Positions 12,574 through 25,094 of a DNA stretch of 64,000 nucleotides are shown one piece after another; positions within the stretch are counted from its first letter, which is position 1, and each line of letters opens with the position of its first letter. Origin of the DNA: Squalus acanthias (Eukaryota); assembly GCA_030390025.1 (NCBI GenBank), contig CM059432.1, forward strand, positions 102,798,001 through 102,862,000, given 5' to 3'. Below the pieces are notes generated by a model that was given only the letters and a program-made list of their open reading frames with translations, was not told the origin of the DNA and did not search any database. The translations under genes and the position numbers were made by a program.

Positions 12574-14440
12574 ATGGCTGAACATGCGAGAGAGATAGCA
12601 TCAAGGTTTTCAGACAATGCACTGGAGGTCTTGGTGGAACAGGTGGAAAGAAAGAGAGACATCCTGTATCCGCAGGGGGGACAGGAGGCCCTCCAGGCAA
12701 TTGCTCAGAAGGCAGTGGGAACAAGCAGTGGCGGAGGTCAATGCCGGGAGTGTTGCTCCAAGAATATGGATGCTGTGCAGGAAGAAGTTTAATGATCTCA
12801 CATGAGTTATCAAGGTGAGTGAGCTCAACTTCAAATGGCATATCCTACCAAATGCACCACTAGACTCATCCGCTGCTCAATACACTACACCCCCATCACC
12901 CACCTACCAACAATCTCTATCAATCAGTACTCAACCCCAAAATTGATATACGCTTTACCTCACCCTCACACATTTAGCACTGTTGTAAGTTTTGCAACCA
13001 CAATGTGCAGATTACACACACTGGCAGCTATTCAACCATTATAGCCACATCACCCAAACATATTGCAGAACACTCACTGATACACTTCTGTCTTTCTTGC
13101 AGGAGAAGGTGGCACTTAACAGCAAAGAACTGGAGGAACAGGAGGCGCCTGCATGTTTTAACACCCATGGAGGAGACAGTGCTAGCCATCATGGGAAGTG
13201 GCATCACTGAGGCCATGACCACTGGTGGAGCTGAAGTGATCAATGATAAGGGTATCTGCATACCTAATCCTCCTTCTCTCATCCCACTTCTCCTTCATCC
13301 CACAATCTCTTCTGACTTAGAAGCTGCAGATGGTGTCAGCACGCACTTCTTACTTTCTCCTCTCCCCTCACCACAACCTAGCCTTTGTTCCTTATTTTAT
13401 TTAAGATAACCAAGAATAGGAAACTTCCCAGTCAGTGGAGGAAGAGGAAGACAACAGTGAAGATGAAGAGACACCGTCACTCAATCTTACACTCGCAGCA
13501 CCAGCTTAGACACTGACACTGCAAGCATTTTAAAGGCTAGGATAGAGGAGGGATCTGCCCGTGGTGAGACACCGGGCACAAGTGCGCAGGAGCCAGGGCG
13601 TGGGAAACAGATAGCGCAGGTGCCAGCTCACCAGAGGGCAAGGTCACACACTAGTTCTGCTGCAGAGGACTCAGATGAAGACTTCGATGGACCAGGCTAC
13701 AGAAGAAGGCTGATGGGTGTACATAACCAAATGCTTGGGGCACTGGAAAGCCTGCCAAAAAGCCTGCGCTCAATGTCAAGGAGCATGGAGGAGTCCAGCA
13801 ACAACTTGGCACAGGCATTTGCGCAGAGCTTGGAGCGGATCCATTCCAACATGGAACAGGTGGTCAGCTCCATCAGCACACCTGTGGAACCCACCATGAT
13901 GCAGCATCTGATGGCCGATTTCTCAACTTCCATTGCAGCACAAACAGCTTCCATCAACGGTCTGAGTGCTGCAGTGGAAGCTCAGACTGCTGCCATGATG
14001 GCTCTGGATATCACTGTTCAAAGGGGCTTTCATAACTTCAGAGCAGTTCAACAATCTGTTCTTCAACAGACCAGTAGGAATGCTGAGGCGCCGCCCCGGG
14101 AGAGTGGCAGTGGATCCATGGAGCACGAACCTACTGTCCTTTCAGGATGACAGCATTCCAGCTCCCAACCCTGCCACTCCGCCAGTGCCCTTGCTGTTGC
14201 CTGTCAGTCAGCCAGCCCAGACTGCTCCAGCCCATGACAAAATGGTGTAGTCTAAAGCTGGGCCTTCTGGGCCCAGAGCTGCTCGAAGTTGCTTCCAAGG
14301 CCATCTGCAGTCTCCTCAATTAGAGGTCAGCAGGCTTCCACCACCCATACTGTAGCCAGTGGGGAAGCGCCTCATCAGAGCACTAGGAGAAGCAAAGGTA
14401 CATGGAAGACAGGCACTAAGGGAATGTACAAGGATGATCA
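12574..14440 (+). pseudogene. Harbinger Myb/SANT DNA-binding protein gene (3 exons, decayed)
   Basis: Exon 1 12574-12814 (RFSDNALEVLVEQV...WEQAVAEVNA...CRKKFNDLT, GTGAGT donor); exon 2 13103-13251; exon 3 from 13406, including the coiled-coil ORF 13620-14150. Frameshifts and stops present. Confidence 0.85.
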
Positions 14441-14619
14441 GTTTATTCTTGTATGTATTATGTCATAATTGAATTTATAAATTTGGATTGGAATGTGCAT
14501 TTTTTGGTGGGTTTATTTTTGTGTTGCAAGAAAGAGGACGATGTGATGGTCAGTGATAGAGGAAAGGTAAGGCGAGTGGGACTGTTGGTGAATGCTGAGG
14601 TGTGGTTGAGGTTACTGGT

Positions 14620-15676
14620 ATCACTCATTAATTATTTCATCATGTAGAGCCTGGGCAGAAAGGGGCTATCTAAATTATAGCATCCTTTCCTCTTCCTGTT
14701 CCTCCACTTTCTTTTGTACTTCCTCCTCCTCCTCCTCTTCCTCATGCTCCCGCTCCTCAGCTTCTCACCAGATAGGTGGTGGCAAGGGCTGTTCCCTCAT
14801 AATGGTGAGATTGTGTAGCATGCAGTAGACTGTCACAAATCTTGATACCCGCTCAGCTGATTACTGCAGGGCTCCTCCAGAATGGTACCGGACCAGAGTC
14901 ATGAGCCATGTCATGAGTGGATAACCCTTGTCGCCCAGTAGCCTTCCTTTGGCTTGCCGTGGTGGGTCAGATAAAGGTGGCATAGAGGACTGCCGCAGAA
15001 TGAAGGAATCATGACTACTGCCAGGATAACTGGCACTCACTGTCTGTGGTCGCACATTAGTTGCACATTGAGGGATTGGAATCCCTTTCGGTTCATGAAA
15101 ATGGGCGGGTTCAGATGAGGCGCTGCAAGGCAATGTGTATACAGTCAATGGCGCCCTGCACCATGGGGAAGCCTGCAATCCGTGTAAACCCTCGTGCTCG
15201 CTCCACCTGCTTGTCTCTGGCAAGGGGGAATGAGATGAAGCTGTCTCTCTGTGTAGAGAGAGCCTCAGTGGCCTCCCTTATGCAGCAATGCACTGCAAAC
15301 TCCAAGATGTTGCTTATATCTCCAGCAGCAGCCTGGAAGGAGCCAGATGCATAAAAGTTAAGAGCTACGGTCACCTTGACAGCCACAAGCAATGCTGTCC
15401 TTGTCCTGCTTTGAGGTTGTAGTTGTGGCTGCAACAGTTGGCAGATTTTAGTCACGACCTCTTTAGTGAAGCAAAGACGTCTCAAGCATTGTTCCTCACT
15501 GAAGTTGAGGTAAGAGAATTGCTCCCTAAAGACCCTCAGTGGAAAAGGCCTCCTGCTGAGAGCCCTTCTCCCCTCTTCCTCCTCCCTCTTCTAGCAGCTT
15601 GTCCTGCTCTGCATGGCCTCTCTTCATTCTCCCAGTCATGCTCAATTCCAAGAGGAAGGCTTACCAGGCCACCCGT
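14620..15676 (-). pseudogene. Harbinger (HARBI1-like) DDE transposase, decayed
   Basis: KVTVALNFYASGSFQ, GFPMVQGAIDCIHI, YPGSSHDSFIL, LLGDKGYPL; acidic C-terminal tract; start codon mutated to ACG. Confidence 0.92.
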
Positions 15677-15866
15677 GTCTGGAAGCAACTCGTCTCAGCA
15701 TTAGATTTAAATGAACAACAAGGTACTTAAACACCAGCCAGACCACTCCCTGTAGGATATTCAAACCTTAGGCAAGTGTAGAAAAACTAACCTGTAAGTA
15801 GTTCATGATCCCCTTAAATAGTGCTGGTGGGGGTCCTTAATGTCGTTTAAAGTTGTGTTCAGCAGT

Positions 15867-18253
15867 CTTCTTCTTAGGCAGTCCCTCGGAACTGAGGATG
15901 ACTTGTTTCCACATTAAAAATGAGTTCTCAGGTGACTGATGAGTCCAATGCGGGACCTACAGTCTCTGTCACAGGTGGGGCAGACGGTGGTTGAAGGGGC
16001 GGGTGGGTGGGGTGCTTGGGTTGACGAGCGCTCCTTCCCCTGTTTGCGCTTGGCTTCCACTTGCTCCCGGCGAAGAGACTCGAGGTGTTCGGCGCCTTCC
16101 CGAATGCTTCTCCTCCACTTTGTGCGGTCTTGGGCCAGGGATTCCCAGGTGTCGGTGTGGTTGTTGCACTTTTTCAAGGAGGCTTTGAGGGTGTACTTGA
16201 AGCGTTTCCTCTGCCCACCTGGGGCTCTCTTGCCGTGTCGGAGCTCCGAGTAGAATGCTTGTTTTGGGAGTCTTTCAGGCATGCGGACGATGTGGCCCGT
16301 CCATCGAAGCTGATCGAGCATGGTCAAAGCTTCGATGCTGGGGATGTTGACCTGAGCGAGAACACTGACGTTGGTGCGCCTATCCTGCCAATGAATTTGC
16401 AGGATCTTGCAGAAGCAGCGTTGGTGGTACGTCTCCAGTGCTTTGAGGTGCCTGCTGTATATGGTCCATGTCTCTGAAGCATACAGGAGGGCGGGTATCA
16501 CTACTGCTCTGTAGAGCATGAGCTTGGTGCTGGGATTGAGGTCCTGGTCTTCAAACAATCTCTTCCTCAGGCAACCGAAGGCTGCACTGGCACACTGAAT
16601 GCGGTGTTGGACTTCGTCATCGACGTTTGCCCTTGTTGATAGTAGGCTCCCGAGGTATGGAAGGTGGTCCACGTTGTCCAAGGCCTCGTCATGGATTTTG
16701 ATAATCGGGGAGCAGTACTGTGTGGCGGGGGCAGGTTGGTAGAGGACCTTTGTCTTCTGGATGTTTAGTGTAAGGCCCATGCTCTCGTACGCTTCGGTGA
16801 AGGTGTTGACGATGGTTTGGAGTTCGGCCTCAGATTGTGCGCAGATGCAAGCATCATCTGCATACTGTAATTCGATGACAGAGGATGGGAGGAACTTAGA
16901 TCTGGACTGGAGGCGACGAAGGTTGAACAGTTTCCCGTTTGTTCCAGCGGGGAGTTTACTGAGGGTGAGATGGAGCATTGCAGCCAGGAAGATAGAAAAG
17001 AGCGTTGGTGCGATGGCACAGCCTTGTTTGATTCGGGTCCATACGTGAATTGGGTCTGTGGTGGATCCGTTGGTCAGGATCACAGCTTGCATGTCGTCGT
17101 GAAGCAGGCGGAGGATGGTGACAAACTTTTGAGGGCAGCCGAATTTGAGGAGGACACTCCATAATTCCTCACGGTTGATGGTGTTGAAGGCCTTTGTGAA
17201 GTCAAAGAAGTCCATATAGTTGGTGCTGTTCCCTGCATTTCCCTTGTAGTTGGCGCATGATGAAGATCATGTCCATTGTGCCCCTTAGTGGGCGGAATCC
17301 GCATTGCAACTCTGGGAAGAGCTCTTCAGCCACTGGGAGAAGGCGATTGAGGAGGATTCTTGCGATGACTTTCCCTGTGGCAGACAGCAGGGGGACTCCT
17401 CTGTAATTACCGCAATCGGACTTGTCGGGCTGGATTTTGAATGACCCATGGAGTCGGGTTTGGAGGCGTGTGGGGGGTTAAATTTGTGGGGTCGGGGTTT
17501 CCGACCCCATCCCGACTCCATCCCGCCTCCACGCAATTTTGACATAATCAGTCGCGGGGTTCCCGACTCTGTCCCGCCTTCAAGAGGCGGGAGAGGCCAT
17601 TAAAGCCCTTAACAAGCTCTAAATTGGCTCTGTAATGCCATTTTGAAACGCTGTAGTTAGTTTAACCCTCTTCTGACGTGAAGTACGCCTGGTGTGAAAC
17701 ACTCCAGTGAAACCTGGCGGGAGCACAAGTAGATAGCTGACTATCGGCTGCAGGCCCACTATTACAACGGAGATGTGATGAAGGTAGGTAGTAGTAGTAT
17801 TAGGTGTGAACGTCGCCTCTGACGCTGATGCATTGAATGTCTTCAGAGACTGTCTGGGAGGACTTGCTTGGCAAAAAATTCTCTCTCTCTCTCTCTCTCT
17901 CTCCCCCTTTTGCATCCAGGTCCACTCACATCAAAAGCCAGGCAAGGCAAGTCCTCTCTCACCAACAGTCTCTGAGACTAGGCAGTGAGGAATGATGACA
18001 TCATCAGAGGCGACTTTCAGACTGAAAACACTAATTAGTTCATGAGTTCCCACATGCTCCAACTCAATTGCCCAATTAAGTGAAAATTGCATCAGGCATC
18101 CACATTAATCTGGAGTCGGGGGGGAAACACGAAATGTGGATTACACGACCCCAACCCGACCCCAAGACAAAATCCAGCCCGTCACCTTTCTTGAAGATGG
18201 TCATGATTACGGCGTTTCTGAGATCCCCTGGCATGCTCTCCTTCCTTCCAAAT
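15867..18253 (-). mobile_element. RTE-clade LINE, 5'-truncated (433-aa RT ORF 15914-17215), interrupted by a MITE
   Basis: FFDFTKAFNTINR, KQGCAIAPTLF, LQYADD, C-terminal CPTCDRDCRSRIGLISHLRTH zinc finger, (GAA)n tail. Reads through GGACTTGTC|ACCTTTC once the MITE is removed. Confidence 0.95.
17427..18180. mobile_element. Harbinger-type MITE (young family, second copy at 36679)
   Basis: Perfect TIR GGGCTGGATTTT / AAAATCCAGCCC; TSD GTC (17424-17426 / 18181-18183); internal (CT)n. Confidence 0.95.
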
Positions 18254-18670
18254 GAGAGGTTAAGAAAGGGCATATGCTAAAGCGTGGCATTTGAAAATGG
18301 CAGCGCTGGTGTTAAATAAGTGTTGCACACTGATTCACGTCAAAATCTTCCTGCTCTGCATGCTGCCGGAGGTCATTAGGTGAGCGCCCCAAACACCTTT
18401 ACCAAGATGGCGTCCGGTGCACTCCCTATTGGAAGTGTGCGCGCATCTCAGACCCCATTTTCCACCGTTAGGAGGCCGCATAGTGCCTATAAAACAAGCG
18501 CTAGAGAGACCAATTTCTCCCCCATATTGTTTAGAATTAGCAAGAGTTTTCTGCTGGGCACTTCAAGTGGTTATGCATGATAACAGCCTCAATAAAGGAC
18601 CATGACATAATCACTGCAAGTTTATCACATGAAAATCAGCAGTTGAATACCCGAAAGCAGTACAGTTAAT

Positions 18671-20310
18671 GGCTTAGAAATTGGGCTATGTACCGCCACC
18701 GATTTGCGCCACTATCGTGGTGAGAAAAGGCCTTTCTCTGGCGTGGGACTCGGCGGCCGCCATTTTGGTGAGGGCCTTAGCGCTGCCAATAGCAGCGCTG
18801 GCCCATGAGATGTAAATGAAGAGAGCGTGATGTCAGCCAGTGTGCAACGCTGACTTGACACAACGTCTACGAACTTTGACTTTAGCGCTGTATTTAGCGC
18901 TGGGTCCTAAGCTCGCTCTGTTAGGCAAGCGTTCAGCAGAATGACAGAGACGATGTCAGCACTTCTTAAAGGGACACACACATCTTTGAGGTAAGTTTGC
19001 ATTTAAGATTTTATTGAAGTAGTGGCTTGGTGCAATATATGTTAAAAGATTTGTAAGTGTGCAAGGGGTGCTGCTGGACACTTGCAAGGCCTCATTTGGT
19101 AAAGGAAGGCCTCTGAGAAGACAGAAAAAGGTGGAAATACTCAGCAGGTCAGGTAGCATCCGTGGAGAGAGAAACAGAGTTCACATCTCAGGTCGAGATG
19201 CTGCCTGACCTGCTGAGTATTTCCAGCATTTTAGGCTTTTATTTCAGATTTACAGCATCCGCTCGCAGAGGGAAGAGGAAGACACAGAAGAGGAAGATGC
19301 AGAAGAGAAAGATGCAGAAGAAGAGGAAAAAGAAGTGGAGGAAGCAGAAGGAAGAATGCAACCCAGACAGCCCCTTTTTGGCCAGGATATCCGGGATAGA
19401 ATCATCCATCTGCGGTACCAATGACCACAACCCCAATTCCCCTTTCAACATTAGTCCCACACCTTCCCTTCCCTCTGTTACTGACCATCACAGCATCCTC
19501 TTGGCCACAATAATGAAATAAAAGCCACCACAAAGCAAACTTTCCAATCCAACTTTATACATCTATCCATCCAATATGACATCAAGAAATCAACTCATCA
19601 CCCTTATGCATTCCCTTAGTGACTGTCTTGTGTGTGCCTTTGCCTATCCTACTGATGTCATTCAGTGCTATCCCAGTGGCTGCAGCATGGCTGGTGGAAG
19701 GCTGCTGACTTTCAGTGGGGGACACTGCAAATGGCCTTGCTGGACGACCTTGAGGAGCTGGTGGCTGGGAGTGTCAAATCGAGTGATGGTGTTACTTCTT
19801 TCTTCTTTCTTCTTTTTTTCTTTTTTCTTCTTCTTCGTTCCCCCCGCCCCCCCCTCAAACTGGCTGGGCAAGCTGCATTTCTAGCCTCCTGGCCCCTGTG
19901 GGTAGAGGACCTCTCTTCCAGTGTTGAACCCCTGCACAAAGCTGGAGTGCTGCATCTGAGACTCTGGGTGCCTTTTTCCTGGCCTGCTGAGACATTTGCG
20001 TTAGTGCTGAAGCACCTTTAGCATTTTCTACGCGCAGAAGGCAGTTCAGCTTTAAGAACTAAGGATTGCCTTGAAAAGGAGCAGGCTAGCTTTAAGTAAA
20101 GCCAGCCTCGTTCCAGCGATGCGAACTTGGGCCCCCTGCTGATTGCACAGCCTATCAGCAGCGCGTCAGTCGTTAGGCTGTGCGCTACAATTATGATAAT
20201 TAGCAGGCAGCACCAAACTGATGGGCTGCCTGCGCTTTCTGAACGGGCGCGGGCGTATCTCGCATCGGAGTGCCCACGTCCGTTTGCAGGCCTTATCGAA
20301 TTTAAACCCC
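18671..20310. mobile_element. internally deleted Harbinger H2
   Basis: TIRs GGCTTAGAAATT / AATTTAAACCCC. Retains the transposase acidic tail (~19260-19425) and the Myb 3' end (~19540-19760), collinear with H3 22440-22950. Confidence 0.75.
19118..19262. mobile_element. Penelope-terminus-derived palindromic fragment
   Basis: GGAAATACTCAGCAGGTCAGGTAGCATC...GATGCTGCCTGACCTGCTGAGTATTTCC inverted repeat, homologous to 34140-34250. Confidence 0.75.
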
Positions 20311-21414
20311 CATATTTCTTACAATGTTGCATTTACAATAAGAACACAAAACTTTTAATACCTGTTCACAAACAAAATGAAACAATTATCGAGGTCAATT
20401 AGATGTCTCAAAATCATAAATATCACATACTTAAAATATCAATTGTTACGACACTAGGAAAAAAATAAAACAAGCTCAATTTAATCAGCTAGACCTCAGT
20501 GAGAAATCTAGTGATTCCTGAGTCTCTTTCCTTTTGTACTTGAGTATTATAATATGCTTCACTCAGAATTAAATTCAATTTACTCAGTTGGTATTCAAAG
20601 CCGCATTAGGCTGACACTGTAAACCAGCGAAGGTGAACAAGAGCCAAGTAGAACAAGATATAATTATTTATGCAAAGTGGTCTATTGTATTGATTATTTC
20701 TCTTGTTAAAATCATAGTGCATTATGTATTCCTCAAGAAAAAAATATGACATTAGCATTAATCTGCAAAAGCTTTCATAATGCTAACCTTAAACGACCTG
20801 TCACTTTCCAACCATTTGAAGTTGTTGTGACTAAAATATTTTCAAGTCTTTTTATCTAATAAGGGACAACATTATAGACACAGGACTATCTTTTTTTCTG
20901 CATGATTGAAGAGAAGTGAGAATTACTTTGAAATTCTTAAGATGTTAGTAAACAATATTAAACGACATCAAAAACATTCAGAGCTAGAAATTCGGCTCGG
21001 TTGCGTCCGATTTTTCGTGCTGTACTGGATGCCATCTTGGTGAGGAGGGTAGGGTGGGCATTAGGAGCATACGCCGGAAGTATGTTGAGTGGGCAGATCG
21101 TGACATCACGCTGATTTGATGCCAGCGCTGCCATTTTCATCCTCAACCCTGGAGTTAACGCCCTGTCTTAACGTCGCACGATAGAACCTGCGTTCAACAG
21201 CAGCAAGGACTCCCCACTGGCGATATTTAAAGGGATCTGCAACCACTCTAAGGTTAGTTGCTGATTAATTTCTACTGGCTCTGTGTAAGTTTGTTGAAGT
21301 GTTTTGAGCTTTCTAGAGTTATTTAAAGTTGGTGAGGTGACAGGGAGTGGTGCTGCAGTGGAGAAGGCCTTGGTTCTGACTTCATGGGTTCTGGTTAGAC
21401 TACTTGCTCCCATC

Positions 21415-22607
21415 ATGGGTGCTCTAGTTGTCATCACCCTTGGCCTGCAGCATGACAGGGAGATGGAGCAGAGGCAACAAAGAAGAGGACAAACTGCTCG
21501 CAGAGGGAGGAGGAGAAGGGCTCTCAACAGGAGGACTTACCCACCTAGGGTCTTCCGAGAGCAATTTTTTTACCTCAGCCTGAGCCAGGAGCAGTGTGTG
21601 AGGTGCTTTACGGAAGAGGTGCTCACAGAACTCGGCCACCCGCTGCAACCAGACCTGCAGCCTCACATCAGGGCAAGGACAGCACTGCCAGTAGCTGTGA
21701 AGGTGACCGTGGCCCTGAATTTCCTCGCATTGGGATCCTTCCAGGCTGGAGCAGGTGACATCTGTAACATCTCCCAGTTCGCCGTCCACTGCTGCATAAG
21801 AGAGGTGACAGAGGTTCTTTATGCCAGGAGAGGGGACTTCACTGTCTTCTCTCTCTGAACAGAAAGAAGCAGGCGGAGCATGCACGTGGCTTTGCCAGGA
21901 TAGCGGGCTTCCCCATGGTGCAGGGCGCCATCGACTGCATGCACATGGCTTTATGAGCGCCGCATCTAAATGCTGAGATGTACCACAACTACAAAGGTTA
22001 CCACTCGCTGAATGTGCAGTTGGTGTGCGACCATGCTCAGCACGTCATGATGGTGAATGCCCGGTATCCTGGTAGCATTTATGATGCTTTTATTCTGCGT
22101 CAGTCCACTGTTCCCTCAGTCCCTGAGCCACCAAGACAAACAAGAGTGTGGCTATTAGGTGACAAGAGCTATCCGCTGACCACCTGGCTCATGACTCGGT
22201 TGTGCAACCCACACACACATGGGCAGCATGCATATAACAAAAGCCATGCTGCCACACAGAATCTGATAGAGCAGACCATTGGTGTCCTTAAACAATGCTT
22301 CTGCTGCCTGGAGTGCCCTGGAGGAGCCCTGCAGTACTCACCAGAGCGCATCTCAAGATTCATCGTGGTCTGCTGTATGCTTCACAACCTTGCCATCATG
22401 AAGGTTCAGTCCTTGACACCAGGCATACGGCGACCAGCTGAGGAGGAGAAAGAGGAGGAAGAAGAAAAGGAGGAGGAGGAAGAGGAAGAGGAGGAGGAGG
22501 AAGAGAAGGAAGCAGTAGAGGAGAAAGCAGCAGGGAGGAGGCAATCCAGATAACTCCTTTCTGCCCGGGCTGTCCGTGATCGACTTATCCGACTGCGGTA
22601 CCAGTGA
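21415..22607 (+). pseudogene. Harbinger DDE transposase, decayed
   Basis: MGALVVITL..., KVTVALNFLALGSFQ, GFPMVQGAIDC, KGYHSLNVQLVCD, LLGDKSYPL, IEQTIGVLK, CCMLHNLA, poly-E tail. Stops and frameshifts at ~21858 and ~21955. Confidence 0.93.
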
Positions 22608-22776
22608 CCGCAACCCCAATTCCCCATTCAACAATAGTCCCACACCTTGCCTTTCCTCTGTTACTGACCATCACAGCACCCTCTTGGCCACAATGCTGAA
22701 ATAAAAGCCACCACGAAAGAAACATTCCAATCCAACTGTATACATCAATCCATCCAAAATTACACACCAAAGTGAA

Positions 22777-24690
22777 CTAATCACCCTTGTACATTCCCTT
22801 AGTGCCTGTCTTCAGTGTGCCTTTCCCTGACCTATTGCTCCTACAAAGTGCTCCCCCAGTGGCTGCAGCATGGCTGGTGGGAGGCTGCTGACTTTCAGTG
22901 GGGGAGACTGCAGATGGCCTTGCAGGACGCCCTCGAGGAACTCTGGGCTCAGAAGGCCCGGCTACGGACTGCATCACGTGGGCATGGGTGGCTACAATCT
23001 GGACTGGCTGGCTGACAGTCAACAGCAAGGACACTAGCGGAGTGGCAGTGGTGGGAGGACGAATGCTGTCCTCCTGAGAGAGGACAGCAGGTTCACGCTC
23101 CATGGAGCCATTGCCACACCCCCAGGTTGGCCTTCAGCATTCCTATTAATCTGTTGGCGGACAGATTGCTGGACTGCTGTGACACCCTGCAAGCCGCTTT
23201 CCACACTGGTAAACACAGCCACAATGGCAGCAGTCTGAGCCTGTAAGAGAGCAGTCTGAGCTTCCACTGCAGCACTCAGACATTGGGTGGCTTCTGCTTT
23301 TATTACAATGGAAGCTGAGACATCGGCCATCAGACTCCGCATCATAGTTGGGTCCACGAGTGCGCAAATGGAGTTGGCCACCACTTCCATGCTGGAAATC
23401 ATGGGTTCCAAGCTCTGCGCAAAGCCCTGTGCAAGGTTGGTGCTGGACTCCTCCATGCTCCTTGACATTGTACTCAGGCTTTCTGGCAGGTCTGCCAATG
23501 TACCAAGCATTTCATTGTGCGTACCCATCAGCTTCTTCTGTAGGCTGCCCCATCAAAGTCCTCATCTGAGTCCTCTGCAACAGAGCTCGTCTGCGACTTC
23601 GCCCTCGGGGAGCTGGCACTTGTGCTACCCTGTCCTGGTTGCAGACCACTCGTGCCCATGTCTCACCACGTGCAAATCCCACCTCTAACCTATACGTTAA
23701 AGTACGCAGAGTGTCAGTATCTCAGCTGGAGGCTGCAAGTGTGAAATCGAGTGATGGGTGATGGTGCTGTGTCTTCCTCATCAGTGCCTTGGTATTCTTC
23801 TACTTTCTGCTCCTCCACCAGTGCCTGGCCAGTTGTCAGTCCTTGGCTATCTGAAAGGAGAAAGGCACAAGGGGAAGGTTGTGTTGAGGGGAGGTGGGGG
23901 GAATGCAAGAGGTACATGCCTACACCATGTGCAGCTTGTAAATCAGAAGAGATTGTAGGATGAGGGGAAGTGGGATGTGAGAAGGAGGGTTACATATGAG
24001 GAAACCGGCATCTTGTATTCTTTCAGCCCTGCCGCTGGCCACGGGCTCAGTGATGACCCTGCCAATAGTGGCCGGCACCGTCTCCTCCACGGGGGTCAGG
24101 TAATGCAGGAGCACCTGTCCCTCGGCAGTTAGGTCCTGCTGGCACCTATTTTGAGCCACCTTTCCCTGCAAGAGAAAGGGAAGTGTGTCAGTGAGTGTGG
24201 TGCAATGTGTTTGGGTGATATGCCTGTCATGGATGAATAGCTGACAGTGTGTGCAAGCTGTGAGATGTGGGTGTGCGGTTTCAAGCAGCAGTAAGTGTAT
24301 GAGGGTGAAGGTGAAGCTATGAATGTGAGCTATGAGTCATGTTTGGTAGAGATTGCTGGTAAGTGAGTGATGGGGGTGTGGTACATTGAGCAGTGTCTGA
24401 GGCTAGTGGTGCAGATGGTGGGATATGGCATTTGAAGATGAAGTCACTGACCTTGACCACTTGTGTGAGGTCATTAAACTTCTTCCTGCACTGCATCCAG
24501 TCCTCGGGGCTATACTGTTGGCATTCACCACAGTGGCTATCTGCTCACATTGGATTTTACGCATTTGCCTGGATGGCCTCATGGTCTTGTGGAATGAGGA
24601 CCTCTCTGCTCGTGTTGACCTCCTGCACCAATACTTCCAGTGCTGCATCGAAGAACCTTGGCGCCTGCTCTCTCCCCTGTTCTGACATCA
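22777..24690 (-). pseudogene. Harbinger Myb/SANT gene (3 exons, decayed)
   Basis: Exon 1 ~24690-24452 (...CRKKFNDL, GTCAGT donor); exon 2 24165-24006; exon 3 23850-22777 with a coiled-coil ORF homologous to 13620-14150. Confidence 0.85.
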
Positions 24691-25094
24691 GTGATGTTTT
24701 TTCCTCCTCTCACTCTCTCCCCCAGCCAGTTGAATGAGCTGCTGCAGGCAGAATGCACCTCCCCTTTAAGAGGTGCAGACTGCCTTTAAGTAGTGCAGGC
24801 TAGCTTTAATTGGTGCTAGGCTCGCACAAACTTGGGCTCACTGCTGAGCGTTCAGCCACTCAGCAGCATGTTCAGCGCTGGGCTGAATGCCGCAATGATG
24901 CTAATCAGCAGACACCACAAAGTTAACGTGTTGCCTGCATTCCTTTGAACAGGCGTGGGGTGATCATGCATCGCAACCCCTGTGCCCGTTTTCAGGGGCA
25001 AACGAATTTTTATCCCTAACTGACTGAGTGTAATTAACAACCCTACCCCCTCCCCCCCTCCCCCCCACCCTCATGCTAAATTCTTCCTTCTGAT

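Larger units (their letters stand above)
12340..18523. mobile_element. Harbinger element H1 (Myb gene +, transposase -), left end lost, RTE and MITE nested
   Basis: Both Harbinger genes present and convergent. Right TIR CAATTTCTCCCCC at ~18511-18523. Sequence either side of the RTE aligns with the left arm of H3. Confidence 0.85.
20981..25016. mobile_element. full-length Harbinger H3 (~4.0 kb, two convergent genes)
   Basis: TIRs GAGCTAGAAATTCG / CGAATTTTTATCCC, flanks TCA/TAA, transposase on +, Myb on -, no nested insertion. Confidence 0.9.

Noticed and set aside
19118..19262. Functional hammerhead in the Penelope-derived palindrome
   Set aside because: The CTGANGA core is deleted at the centre of the palindrome.
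20584..20617. Minus-strand coding micro-exon with a good acceptor
   Set aside because: Stop codons in all three frames; no further support.
21304..22607. Domesticated HARBI1 host gene
   Set aside because: Multiple frameshifted copies flanked by TIRs and paired with Myb genes; these are transposon copies, not a single conserved gene.
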